Part shown: positions 22,199 to 35,200 of the stretch, in pieces | How the letters are laid out: each line of letters starts with the position of its first letter | How positions within the stretch are numbered: the first letter of the stretch is position 1 | Assembly: GCF_037042905.1 (NCBI RefSeq) | Contig: NC_087251.1 | Span: forward strand, 11,162,001 to 11,226,000 | Reading direction: 5' to 3' | Origin: Lytechinus pictus | Lineage: Eukaryota | Length of the DNA stretch: 64,000 bases | Position numbers and translations under genes: made by a program | Notes under the pieces: generated by a model | The model's input: only the letters and a program-made list of their open reading frames with translations | Told to the model about the DNA's origin: nothing | Database searches by the model: none

Positions 22199-25100
22199 AG
22201 TGCGTATTGATTTTAACCCACTCACCTGGGATGCCCAACGAGTGAGGACGTACCGTATCGTGCCAATCAATACTTCATCATATTTTAATCAAGGTTCATA
22301 ATGATGCATAACAGTAAAGAAAAAAAAACCCTGTAGGCCAGTGTTACTTTCTTTGTATTGTAGAGGTTACAAGAATGGTCATCATTTTTTCAAATTGTTA
22401 TTTATGTTTAAGTGTAAAGAATATTCTTTTAGATTTTTGAAAAAATAGAATCGAATTCGAATCAAAATTCAAATATTCGTGCCTTGTTTTTTTATTTGAT
22501 TTGAAAATTCAATTAGAGAACAAGTACAATTAATGACGTTTCATGTTGAAATTAATAGGTCATACTCTAAAGAGGGAAAAATAAACTCAGAGACCTCCAC
22601 GATTAGTTTTCTCTCTTATCAGATTATGAGTTATTGATACTGACCCTAAAACACCATAGAAACCTTTTTTACGATTTTGGGCTTAGGTACAAGGCCCTAG
22701 AATGTTTAAAATTAAGCCAATTTAAAAAAAACATATAGTAAATGTCTTACTTAAGGGTACGAGCTCAACGACTTGTTGTCGGACTAAGTCGCTAATCCAC
22801 AACAAAGTTACACCATACCACCAGGGAAAACTGCCCCTATAGATAGTCGATCGATGAGAATTTGGAGGCACCAACAACACCACCCCCCCCCCCCCCGTAA
22901 AAAATGGTCTACGGTCGACCAAGAGAAAAAAAATGAAAAGATGGATCAAAATAAATTAATTAATAAATAAGAAGACAAAAGTGTGGAACATGTGGAAGAA
23001 GTGATATCAATTTGTAATATACCAAAATCTATCATATAGTTAGACTTTCATTTTTATCATGTCTCACGACCTTTATTTGTATAGTTTTGTTTCATACGCT
23101 CTATTATGCCCCCTCAATTGTGTTGGCTCATTACACCAGGTGCCATGGGCATAATTACAACAGGAAGGCAAAAGATATTCATTCGACCCAACCGATTTTT
23201 TTTCAATTTGATATTGCTGATTTACAACAGTGTATGAATATGATTCAAAATCTAAGATATATCAATGACTTTGGAACTATTTTTTGACTGGCGGAAGAAT
23301 TTGGGTACTTTACTGTTTCAGTTGATGAATTTGATCCCATCATAGTTCTCTTCATAAATGGCGATTTATTTTTAAAATGAGCTGGCTGCGATACCCTTTT
23401 CTGGTCAGATATGGAATGTCAGATATATATCCTATCCAATGATAGTAAACATTTGACTTTCTAATTTCACGTTTATTTTTTAGGATTTTTTTAAGTGCCA
23501 TTCTAACACACAATTAAGTCTATGGAGAATGTTTTACCCGCGTGACACCACCACCGGAGGGCCGCTAAAATGCTACAAGTATAAGCTTACTTCAAGAATT
23601 ATACCATTCATGAGTTTACCAATTGTCTGTGTATTTATCGTCATTGCAAGGTCAATCTTCGGTCGCAATTAATACCGATCCCATATCTCTTTTGGTAAAC
23701 ATTGCATTTATAAGAGAGTCTTCCCGTCGTGTGCAGTACAGAAGCTTTTTAACGAATATAAAAATTGGTGTGTTATATTGCGTCATGAAATCAAATCTTT
23801 TTCCGGGTGCAATATGGATATCAAATTTGTTTAACCGAAATTCCAGCAATACGAAAATCGATGCACAAACTGACGCGCTAAAAAGAAAATAAAATAAAAA
23901 GCAGGTATACTACATTTTTGAAGGTGTAAATTTATAATAAAAAAGAGACTTGAATGCCAGAAAGCGATGAGGCTTTGTCGCCGGCTCGCCGCACGCATTT
24001 TTTTCCTGAATGGGTTCTCCCCTCCCTCCTCCCTCTCTCCATCTCTCTCACTCTCTCTCTCTCTCTCTTTTACTCTCTCTCTCTCTCTTTCTCTGAACAG
24101 TCCAAATTAATTATCAAATGTGGATTTTTTTTTTAAAGAAAAAAAAGCTTTGTCATCAAACGCACATCAATATCTTAATTGATATGTTCTGTCTGCGACG
24201 CACAAGAAAAGTTTCAATGCGAATGTTTTAATTAATATTTGCAATATATGTCACTAGTGCCAATACCTACAATTATGATTACACTTAATTTTGATGTCAA
24301 AGCAATAGTAATCTTGAAACACGATAATCTTCACCATCATCATCGCCATTATTACTTCTATTCCATGAATTAAATATGATGATTCGGGATGACATAAAGT
24401 ATAAAGAGTGTACAGGTTTCACAGTACACGATATATGTTTGTGGGCATGTGTTGGTCCTTTTAAACTCGATCTTTGAATAAGAGTGTTCTTGTCGTCTTC
24501 TGGAGATTTCACTGAATTCTAGATACACCATTAACTTTTTCTGGGTGTAGGTATGTGGAATATCTGCTCCCCTTAGATTCGAATAATGTAACTTCTAAAA
24601 TCCTGAAATAGTTTCGAATACTATAGTATTCGTCAAAAATATATTCTCCTCAGAATAAATACAAATGCAACAAAAAAATATTACTCATGGTCTGACATTT
24701 GAGGTAACTGAAAATTCGTTCAGAAGTTTAATCGATACTTTGAACACACATTTAAAAATTTTAAGAGCAAATGTCATTGCTGACAATTTTGCTTTGAAAC
24801 AATAAAATAGCGATGCTGGCAATAACATCATCCCCATAAAATTAATCATCGTTTAAAGATTAACACCTGTGTTGACATGATTTTGTTTTCATTCAAATCA
24901 ATATTGAATTCAATTTCCGTCAGATCAATAAAAATGAAATAAGATGGTACATTTATTCAGAAAAATAACTGATATATCTCCAGAGAAAATTAAAATTTGT
25001 TCAACCTAGTAATATCAGTTCCAAAGGGAAAAGCTTTAATAATAAACTTTTACATAATGTTGAGATGCTTTCGTTGAACAATACAAATAGCAAAATCAAA

Positions 25101-26068
25101 ATGAAGAATTTTGAAACGTGGAATGCTTAGAATATTGAAGATCAAAAGTTATCAGTTTCCTTATTATTGAATTTATCATTATTACTCTTATCTTTTATCT
25201 TCGTAATTATTATCCTTATTTTGATAATAATTATTGTTATTATTATAATCATTATCATCATCATCATAATTTCGCTACTACTCCTTCGTTAAGCAAAAAA
25301 AAGACAGGTAAAGAACGAAAAAAAAAAAGAACGAAAGACCGATTAATATAGGGTGGTAATATAAAAGCTTTCAGTAAATGCTTTCGATAGAACTTGCAAA
25401 TTTTGAGAATGTACTCCCAATTGAGTCTGGTAGAGGAGTGTCAAAGGGGCATGCAGTCGGGACCTGCAGTGAGTGGCGCTGTGGTACTGTTTGAAATAAA
25501 GTATACCCCTATACGAAGAATATCGATCATTCATGATACCCTGTGGAAATTTGGTCTACGATCATCGCCAGGTTATCGTATCATGCTAATTGTACGATCT
25601 CCTTAGAGTGGCGTACGTACGATCGTACGATGTTCGTAGTGATTCATGATCATTGTTAGGTATATGCTTTTCTTTGACGAAAAAGTTCGATTTTTTCAAT
25701 ATCGTAGTATATCATATCCATTAAATATGTCGTGGTGGCATCGTAAGATCAGCCCAGGATACAAATCCCCCTCCCCTTTCCATCTCTCTCTCTCTCTCTT
25801 CTTCTTCATTCTTTGGCTGTTGGTCAATCTTCGAGGCATTGGTCCTTCTCTTACTAGTTGCCCAGTTAATATTAAATTATTGATTGCGACAATATTTATT
25901 TGCTGCACCTGCATATCTCTAACACGTACCATAAAACAGAAAATAAGGGTACAAAATTACGGTTTCGTAATATTGTTTTGACCTCAAATTAACATGGAGA
26001 ATGATTTGTTTATTATAATAAACCAAGGCAAGTCAATAAAGATGCAACAGAATCGAGATCCCGATTTG

Positions 26069-26076
26069 TATAAATA
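26069..26076 (+). promoter_or_regulatory. Candidate TATA box of gene B
   Basis: TATAAATA about 75 nt upstream of the ATG; the AT-rich background weakens the call. Confidence 0.45.
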
Positions 26077-26148
26077 CATGGTTAGTTTTGAGTAACAATC
26101 CGTCGATGGACATTCTCATCCTGCTTTGTTAATCGTTCAACAAGAAAG

Positions 26149-26250
26149 ATGTTGAGGATACCGCACTTCTCTGTCTTGGTAGCCATTCTCATGGCCTCTT
26201 CCCTTGCCAAACCACTGGAAGAACAAGGGGGCTACACCAAAACAAAAGTG
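26149..26250 (+). CDS. Gene B exon 1: signal peptide
   Basis: [34 protein letters not shown] then gtgagt. Confidence 0.87.
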
Positions 26251-29200
26251 GTGAGTATAACTCATATCCAGTAAAACAGTTTAGATATTCCGACCATTTG
26301 CATTAACTATTATCTTGCAAAGACCATGTATCAATATTTGGTGCCCTTATAAAATAAAAGCTGCCTGAACCTATCTATGCTTCACAAGCATTTCCTTGTA
26401 GTGTAAGGGGTAAATCCGTGAAGGAATGCCGTAAATTATCATCATTTGATTTAAAATAGATAGCGTTCGGAATTGGTAGATGGGCATGATAGCATGTAGT
26501 GTTGTACGAAGTGTACCACAAAACCATTTCACCATTGGCACTATCCAATAGTTATCTTCATAATTTTAATTAATTTAGATTTTTTCGCGTGTCTTCTTTA
26601 TTGGTCAATCTTTATATTGTATGCCACGGACATATCAATTTAAAATATTATTAAGCAAGACTTCTGCAAAGGCTTTTCTTTGAAACATTTTATGAACAAT
26701 AATATATATTTCACATGGCATCTCAGGTTTTTTTTCGCGCCGCCGCGCTGGTGAAAGCGATGCACCCAAAATGGACAGTGCTGCATCCCAAAATGAAGAG
26801 CTGGACGGCTGCGTATTATTAAAGCAGAATGTAATTGCATACGCATGCACTGTCCTGAATTTCACTGTTCCTTCTCATCCTCTACCCCACTGGTGGATCC
26901 AGGGGGGCACAGCCCGCCCTTGCCCCCCCCCCCCCCTTAAGAAGCTGTAATAGCTCTATGATTAAAATTTGTAATGTAAAATTGCCGTTAAAACCGAAGT
27001 GTGCCCCCCTTGAAAGTGAAATTTTTCCTATATAGAAAAAATGTGCCCCCCCCATTTGAAAAATCCTGGATCAGCCCCTGCTCTACCCACCCCCCCCCCC
27101 CCCAAAAGAAAAAACTCTCTCTTTGTTTATGTCCAATCTTTGTCAACAGCCTCATTTTGAGAAGGTGAAGTTCCATGACGAAATCATTGAGATTGAAGTC
27201 GACGACGTCAATCCCTTCAATCGTTCCCAACCAGCAGACGAGGGGTATTCTCCCAGTGCCTACCAAACTGATATGATACTCAACAAGGAGCAAAAGGCAG
27301 AGTTAAACGACGGCGGTAACTCCCGTACCAAGCGGAAAGCCACCACATTCTCTGCAGCATTATGGCCAAACGGCAGAGTTCCCTATGAAATCACAAGTGG
27401 TAAGATTTTGTTTTGGGGTATACCTTTCAAGCCATCAGGATTTATCATATCAATGAAAACCTAATGCATGAGATATTCCAGTGTGGAATGGCTGAACATT
27501 CACGATATGATATGCGTCTTTATATGTCTTATTTAAAAAAAATCACTAAACTTGTAAAGTAATGAGGCTTTCACAATTGTTAGTGCGATCGTTCACGATC
27601 ATTAATTTTGGTCACAATATATTATCCACACAATCGCAACGGTTTTAAGCAGTCGCACCACAAATTGTGAATGGGGCTTTGGTTTTCAAGGTGTCTTTGT
27701 AAGAACAATAAAAAAATACAGAGAAAGAGCGCTTAGTAATTTCAATATATTTACAAATTTTCACAAATGAGCAACTGATGAAAAGGGGTTTACTGGTCAT
27801 AACACTTTTGAAAGATTAAAATGTTAGATTTATAATATTAAAGCTTTACTAAAGCCTTATACAGGCTCTAACATGTCTAAAGACAATGGTAAGTCATCTG
27901 CATTTCTTCAAGATAAAGCATATGCTGGCCACCGAAGATTGATGCAGTGTTTAGCTTAACTATTTAAATGTAATTAAAAAATACGTGTATCGGTGGACCG
28001 AACTCACCACACTTAAGTCAACATCAATATCATTTACAAAAATCATGGTTAATTCGTTCCAAATCTCTATACATTCTCACAATATTCATTATAGCCCGTG
28101 GTTTAAAAAACAGACAATAACACCTTTGGGGTGCAATTCTGCACCGTATAGGTGCTAATTTGCACCTTTTAGAGAGGTGCAAAGTTGCACCTTTCCAAAA
28201 AGGTACAAATTCACCTTTAAATTGTTCCCAGTGTGACATCTGATCCGCACCTTTAAAAGTGCAAACTTGAACCTATATTGTTAGTGTGTACAATAGCGAT
28301 GTTTTGCACCACCATGCAAAACGCTTTCAAGAACATAGAAAATTATTGTCAAATGACACTCGCGAAAACGAGCAACCAAGAAGTCTTTGTCGAAAATTGG
28401 TGCATAATTATGAGCAGCCGCTTCGTCCTGAACTCTGGACAACGACATATTTGTGATTTTTCGTCAACTCCTAAACTTAGGACGATCTGCTTTTGCGGTT
28501 CACCAATTTTCGACGGAGACCTCTCAGCTGTACTTTATCTTGCATTCTCAATACATTTACTGTGTTGTAGAATTCGTTCTGTGTGGCGGTGCGAAAACTT
28601 GTTAATTACATCAACAAAACTGATTCCCAATCGAACGATGGTACGCCATTGGTAATAACGTAATAGTCGGTCTGGCGTCGTACGCGGGTGAAAACATTGC
28701 CGTTTCTTTCATGGGTTATGATGTGTAGGATTGGATCAAAAAACTGTCAATGCCATCAAGGCTGGTATGGCTCATTGGGAGGAACACACAGGAGTATATT
28801 TCGAACCATTCTCTTATCCAACCGAGGACAGGCTTAAGTTCATCAAGGGTGACGGGTAAGCTCTTTTTTCTTTTCTTTTTGAAGGCTTCATATGGTATTG
28901 TGATGACTGTTCTGTTTTGTTATACTTCTATTCTTCTTTATATTTTGTTTGACAATTTCCATTTTCTTGAAATATTAAGTGATCATACATGTGCATTAAT
29001 TGTAACATCAACCGTGTTATTTCATTCACGCTTCTTCATTCGGCATACCACGCAGCTCGAACAGTGACGTTACGAAATTAAAAAACAATGAAAATACACG
29101 TGTTCTTTTACCTGTTAACTCTTCAAATTTTCATTGGCATGTCTCTCTTACATTCTGTCTTATTGAAAGCATCATAGACTGTCCAAGTGGTATTCTGGCT

Positions 29201-32200
29201 TGTATTTATACAGTGCGTATCAAAAAAAGTTTACACTTTGAAAAAATCCTGTAAAATTATACATTTGTAATATCCTGAAGATTTTTCCACATTTTAACAT
29301 TGGTACAGATCCATTTAAGCAAATGATGATATAACTGTCGAAAAACATTTCCGCTTGAGTGAGCACCACTTACTTTTGAAAATTGGGTAAAAAATTATTT
29401 GCGCAGAACTTCGAAATAGTTATGCAAATAAAAGTAGATCTTAATCATGAAGAAAACGTGGAATTTAGCTGGTAAAATTTATTTGAAGATATCTTTTACC
29501 TTTTTAAACTTGTTTCCTTGCCCAAAACACTTCGAAGAGTCCATTGCACCCCACCCCACTCCCCCACACACCGAGGCCATCGAGACGAATTTTACTTTGC
29601 ACTGAGCTGTGATTTACATGAAATGGCTTAGGCTTGATTTTAATTTTGTTAATCATTGTCAAGCTTGGGAAAAGTGTGGAGAAACAAGTATTGAATGAAA
29701 AATGAAATGTAAACCCACTTTAAATGATAAAAACTCAGTGTAAAAACGCTGGAGATGTCTGATATAAACTTTTGTTCAGGTTCAGTTATGTCCTCAGATC
29801 CAGCTGGCACAAAAAGGGTGAAGGTTGTGCTTACTAAATGTTGAAATTTCAATTTGGGTGGCAAAATTGTTACAAAGTTTTTTAATGTATACGTTTTATT
29901 TCAATCGACTAAAAGTGCAAGGGAAATGTGTGAGAAATGTTTCGCATGGTAAGTTTGAGTTCGCCCTTTCCCCTTGACACAGCGTGAAAACGAGCATTTC
30001 TGCGCAAACAGATTTCTGCGAGCTTTACAAAAATGGACAGTGCTCACTCAAGTGTGACATTCTGTCAAAACTTATACTTTCATTGGATAGATGAGACCCA
30101 AACCTAAGATTATATGTGAAAAAAATACCCACATGTTGTATATTTTTGAATTCCCAGGGCTTTTTTAAAGTGTAAACTTTTTTTGATACGCACTGTATAG
30201 GATCAAATAAGTCTTATTGAATTAGATTGATTCGTGTATTCAGTGTCAGAGAACCGAGCTATCTACATGATCTATATGAACGATATTTTTTTGTGATTCC
30301 TCTATTGATAATAATTTATTCTATTCCAATCTGTAGATGCTATTCATATGTTGGCAGACAAGGAAAGTCTCAAGATGTTTCTATTGGAGAAGGATGTACC
30401 AAGGTAAATAATTAACTGAACATGTAAGAAATACGTTGGTCGAGATGTCTGGGTAGAATATGAATGAATGAATGAATGAATGAATCTTTATTTCGTTTCA
30501 TTTCCGATATTAAACAACAATAACAACAACAACAGTAAATCATTGCGATGTAAGTAAATAGCAAAGAACAAAAGTAAATAATTACAGGATAATATACATA
30601 ATACATGCGCTACTTTTATGGAACATTAGTAACACCCATGAGAAAAGATGAAAATGAAACGTGGTGACCTACTAAGAAGCTTAGCTTGTGGGCCATAGGC
30701 CACCAGAATGTAAAAAAAACTTGCATTAGCAATCATTTAAAACATCATAAAACAAGCAAACAGAAAATTGGAGTAAATAACCAAAGTACAGATATACATA
30801 TTTACAAAAGATACACTAAAAAGTAAAAAAAAAAAAGTAAAATGCAGAATGCAAACAAATTCTATTAGACCTAAAGTATAAGAATTTGACATTCGAAAAG
30901 TAGAAAGAAAAGAGGAAAAAAATAAGAAAATAAGCAGAGCTCTATTTTTGCATGGATAATTGTGGGAAGAATACAATTTATAAAGTTAGACAAGATACAA
31001 CCAGCAGGCATTCATTTACTGATCTAAGTATTTCTTCAGTAAATCGGTCTTTAACTTGTTTCTAAAAACACTAAGGCTAACTGATTGCTTCAATGAAGAT
31101 GGAAGGGAGTTCCATAAGTTTGGCCCTGTATAAACAAATGTATTTAGCCGAAAACTAGTTTTGACCAATGGCAAGTGGAGAAAAGAAACTTGTCTTGTAT
31201 AGTAAGAATGGATTTGGTCATTTGTAACACATAATGAAGCAAGGGCTAGTGGAAGTTCTCTTATTTAATTGATACATAATGCAACCGAGGTTGAGATCAA
31301 ATATGTCATGTAAATTAAGAAACTTGTTTTCATAAAACAAAATATTAGTGTGAGATCGTGAACTTACTCCACATACTAGTCTAATTACCCTTTTCTGAGC
31401 TTTTAATAACCCATCTAAATGAACTTTAACAGCGTTACCCCCAGGCAAGGATACAATAATTCAAGTAAGGCACAACGAGAGTTGAGTACAATATGCAGAA
31501 TATATTTTTGGGAATATACTCTTCAATGAATTAATGACTCCTGAATTTCTGGAAGGAAGTTTACATAAATAAGATATGTGAACTTTCCAATTGAGCTTAC
31601 TATCAATGTGTATCCCAAGGATTTTTGTACTCGAGACTTCAGTAATCTGACCATCACTGATTGTAATATTACCTGGCAATGTTGCTAGGGTGTTGCTGAA
31701 TAGCATGTTGTTTGTTTTAACAAGATTTAAGGAAAGCCTGTTAGCAATGATCCATTCGTTAACAGAATTCAATTCTGAATTGATAGTTTGCAATAAATTG
31801 CAGGGGTTCTTTTCAGAAAAGATATATGCTTGAGTCATCTGCAAACAGGATAAATGAAAGGATATTTGATGACTGAGGGAAATCATTAATATATATGAGA
31901 AATAAGATAGGTCCAAGGAGTGAACCTTGTGGCACTCCACATGTAATTGACTGCATAAAAGACTTAACACCATTTAAGAATACAAACTGTTTTCTATCAG
32001 AGAGGTAGCTCTTGAACCACTCCAAAGCCTTACCCCGGAATCCATAGAAAGATAGTTTATACAAAAGGATGTCATGATCAATCGTGTCGAAGGCTTTGGA
32101 GTAGTCTAGGAATATACCGACAGTATGTAGCCCATTATCTTTTGCGGAAGAAATTTTGTCAATAAAATGTAACAGAGCATGAGAGGTAGTGTGTTTTTCA

Positions 32201-35200
32201 CGAAAACCAAATTGTTCAGAAGCGAGAATATCATTAATTTTCAAAAATTTCATAACACGAACAGAAATTATTTTTTCAAGAATTTTAGAAAAACATGTAA
32301 GAAGAGAGATGGGCCGGTAATATCCAATTTCCTGAGGGTTTCCCTTTTTGTAAATCGGCACAACTTTGGCTATCTTCATACTCAAAGGAACGATTCCATG
32401 TACAATAGATAAATTGAATATATGAGTAATGGGAGAAACAATAACATAAATAACTTCTTTAACTTCTTTAACTTCAATAACTTCTTTAACTTATTTTATG
32501 TAACCGCATCAGAGCAAGCCTTGTATTAGGAAGTGTAGATATGGTAGACGGTTTCTCTTTCCAATTACATGTATAATAAATCGTTGTTACTATTGTTTTG
32601 ATAAGTTTTCTTATCAATAATTTAGCATATAGTCCGAGTAACTGATTATTTAAATGAGTAAAAATTACAGTAACACGTCATGTAAGATGTTCTCTGTGTG
32701 CTGGATTGAAAATACAGGTTCATCATGATTTAAGAACATCATTTTCGAATGCCCGTTATAATTTCGGCCCATGTAAAAGTCTTACAAAATCATGTTAACT
32801 CGTTTTTCTCCTTTCATTATTTTTGTATATGTCAATGTTTCTTAGCTCGGGATCGTGGCTCATGAGATCGGTCATGCAGTTGGATTTAATCATGAACAGT
32901 CCCGCTCAGATCGAGATAATTACGTGGATATCGACACGACCAAAATTACTAGTGGCTTTAGCAATAACTTCGACAAAACTTCGACGTTCACCGGCTTGCC
33001 TTATGATTTTAAGTCAGTAATGCACTACGGCGCAAGAGTAAGTTCACTCATTTCCTGATTATATGTCTTAGGAATGGTTATTATTGCTACTCCGTGCGAC
33101 CAGGCAACAGCGCGGCCAGCGTACATACAGTGTAAGTCAGAGGTGTTATCGATCGCGTCGTCGTCGCCGTCGATGTCCTTTCAGGAAAGTATGGGAACTT
33201 AAAAAATGCCAACCAGATGTTGAGATAATTATCTGGGGAAGCCGACAGCTTATTATCCAATGATCAGATGATGAGATCCCGGATCTCGTCATGTCTACAT
33301 CCTTTAGAAGATATCAGATAACGAGATTCTAGATCTTATCTTGACATCCTTTATGAGATGATAAAATGAAAAGATCCTTAAAGGGGAATGAAACCTTTGA
33401 AACAAGATAGCTTGTGTGAAAACAGAAAAATCAAAGAAACAGATCAACAAAAGTTTGAGAAAATTCTGACAAATAATGAGAAAGTTATGAGCATTTGAAT
33501 ATTGCGATCACTAATGCTATGGAGATCCTCAAATTGGCAATGCGACAAAGATATGTGATGTCACTTGTGAACAACTCTCCCCATTACTTTAGTATATATT
33601 TCACTTAAACTGCCTCTTTTATCACATCTATCAGTAGATCATGTTCTTTCTACAGGAGGGCATGTAATACAGATTTTTTTTAAATACATCATGGATAAAA
33701 AGCTTGTATCGCCGTAAGAAAAAGCAAAAAGATACATTTTGGGGGTACTTTATAGTCCATCAAAGGGAAAGTTGTTCACATGTGACATCACACTTCCTTG
33801 TCGCATTGCCAATGGGAGGATCTCTAGCATTAGTGATTGCAATATTCAAATGCTCATAACTTTCTCATTATTTGTCCGATTTTTCTTAAAACTTTCTTCG
33901 TTCTTATTCTTTGATTTTTCTGTTTCAACACAAGCCTACTTGTTCCAAAGGTTTCATTCCCCTTTAAATTTTCTTATAACTAGGCCAAATTTTCCTACAT
34001 ACTAATGACCTGTGTGCGTTTGCGGCGCTACAAGTAGACAAGCATTTTGGTATCTTATCATTTCTTCTAAAGATGTCACCATAATAATGATGATAAGATC
34101 CGGAATCTCATCATCTGATCATCTTTGCTTAAGAATCTAGACGTGACCAGTATCTTGTTATATGACATTCGCTTCTGAGGATGTCGGTATGACGAGATCC
34201 GAGATCTTGTCATCTCATCGTCTCTTCTAAAGGATGCAGACGAGATCCAAGATCTCATGCCTTCGAAGGGATATCAGCATGATGAGATCGAAAATCTCGA
34301 ACTTAGGCTAATGCGATGTCGACTTCCGAATATGGTTGGAACTTTTATGCTGACATAGAAAATGTTTTTTTTTCAGCACCTGTAGCCAGCATTTTAAGAC
34401 GGTCCGACCCAAAATTGAAATTGATTACATTGAATCAATCGAAAGCTTATAAACTTCAAAATTAAAATTCACTTTTAACTCTGGTCTTGGTCGTAAATCG
34501 CCACTTAAAGGTCAAGTCGAATCCAGAAAAATGTTGATCTGAATAAATAGAGAAAAATCAGAATAGCAAAACGCTGAAAATTTCATCAAAATCGGTTGTA
34601 AAATAAGAAAGTTATGAAATTTTAAAGTTTTGCTTATTTTTCACAAAACAGTGATATGCACAATTTAAATGAGACAGCTTATTTTTCACAAAACAGTGAT
34701 ATGCACAATTCAAATGAGACAGTCGATGATGTCCCTCTCTATTTCTTTTTCTTTTTTATTGTTTGAATTATACAATATTTCATTTTTTTATAGATTTGAC
34801 AATAAGGACCAACTAGACTGAATCATATTGTATTAAACAATGCTCATTCCACGTGTTCAGGGAGGAAATGATCGTTGTTTCACTTGACAATGAGGAGAAA
34901 AATAGAATATTCCCTATTTCATATTATAAAATACAAAAGAAATAGTGAGTGGATGACGTCATCAGTCTCCTCATTTGCATACCCACCAGGATGTGCATAT
35001 AACTGTTTTGTGAAATTAAGCAAAACTTTAAAATGTCATAACTTTCTTGTTTTACTTCCGATTTTGATGAAATTTTCAGTGTTATGCTGGTTGGATTTTC
35101 CTCTTTTTATTTAAATCAACTTTATGTTGGGGTGGACTTGTCCTTTAAGGTAGCCTTTCTCGCCCTCGCGCGATTGAGGGTTGCCGTAGGAGCAATTTAG

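Noticed and set aside
13592..30195. Inverted 1-kb MITE pair as a relic of the gene A/B inverted duplication
   Set aside because: The copies are in non-equivalent introns (A intron 4, B intron 3) and are far more similar to each other than the genes are, so they are independent later insertions.
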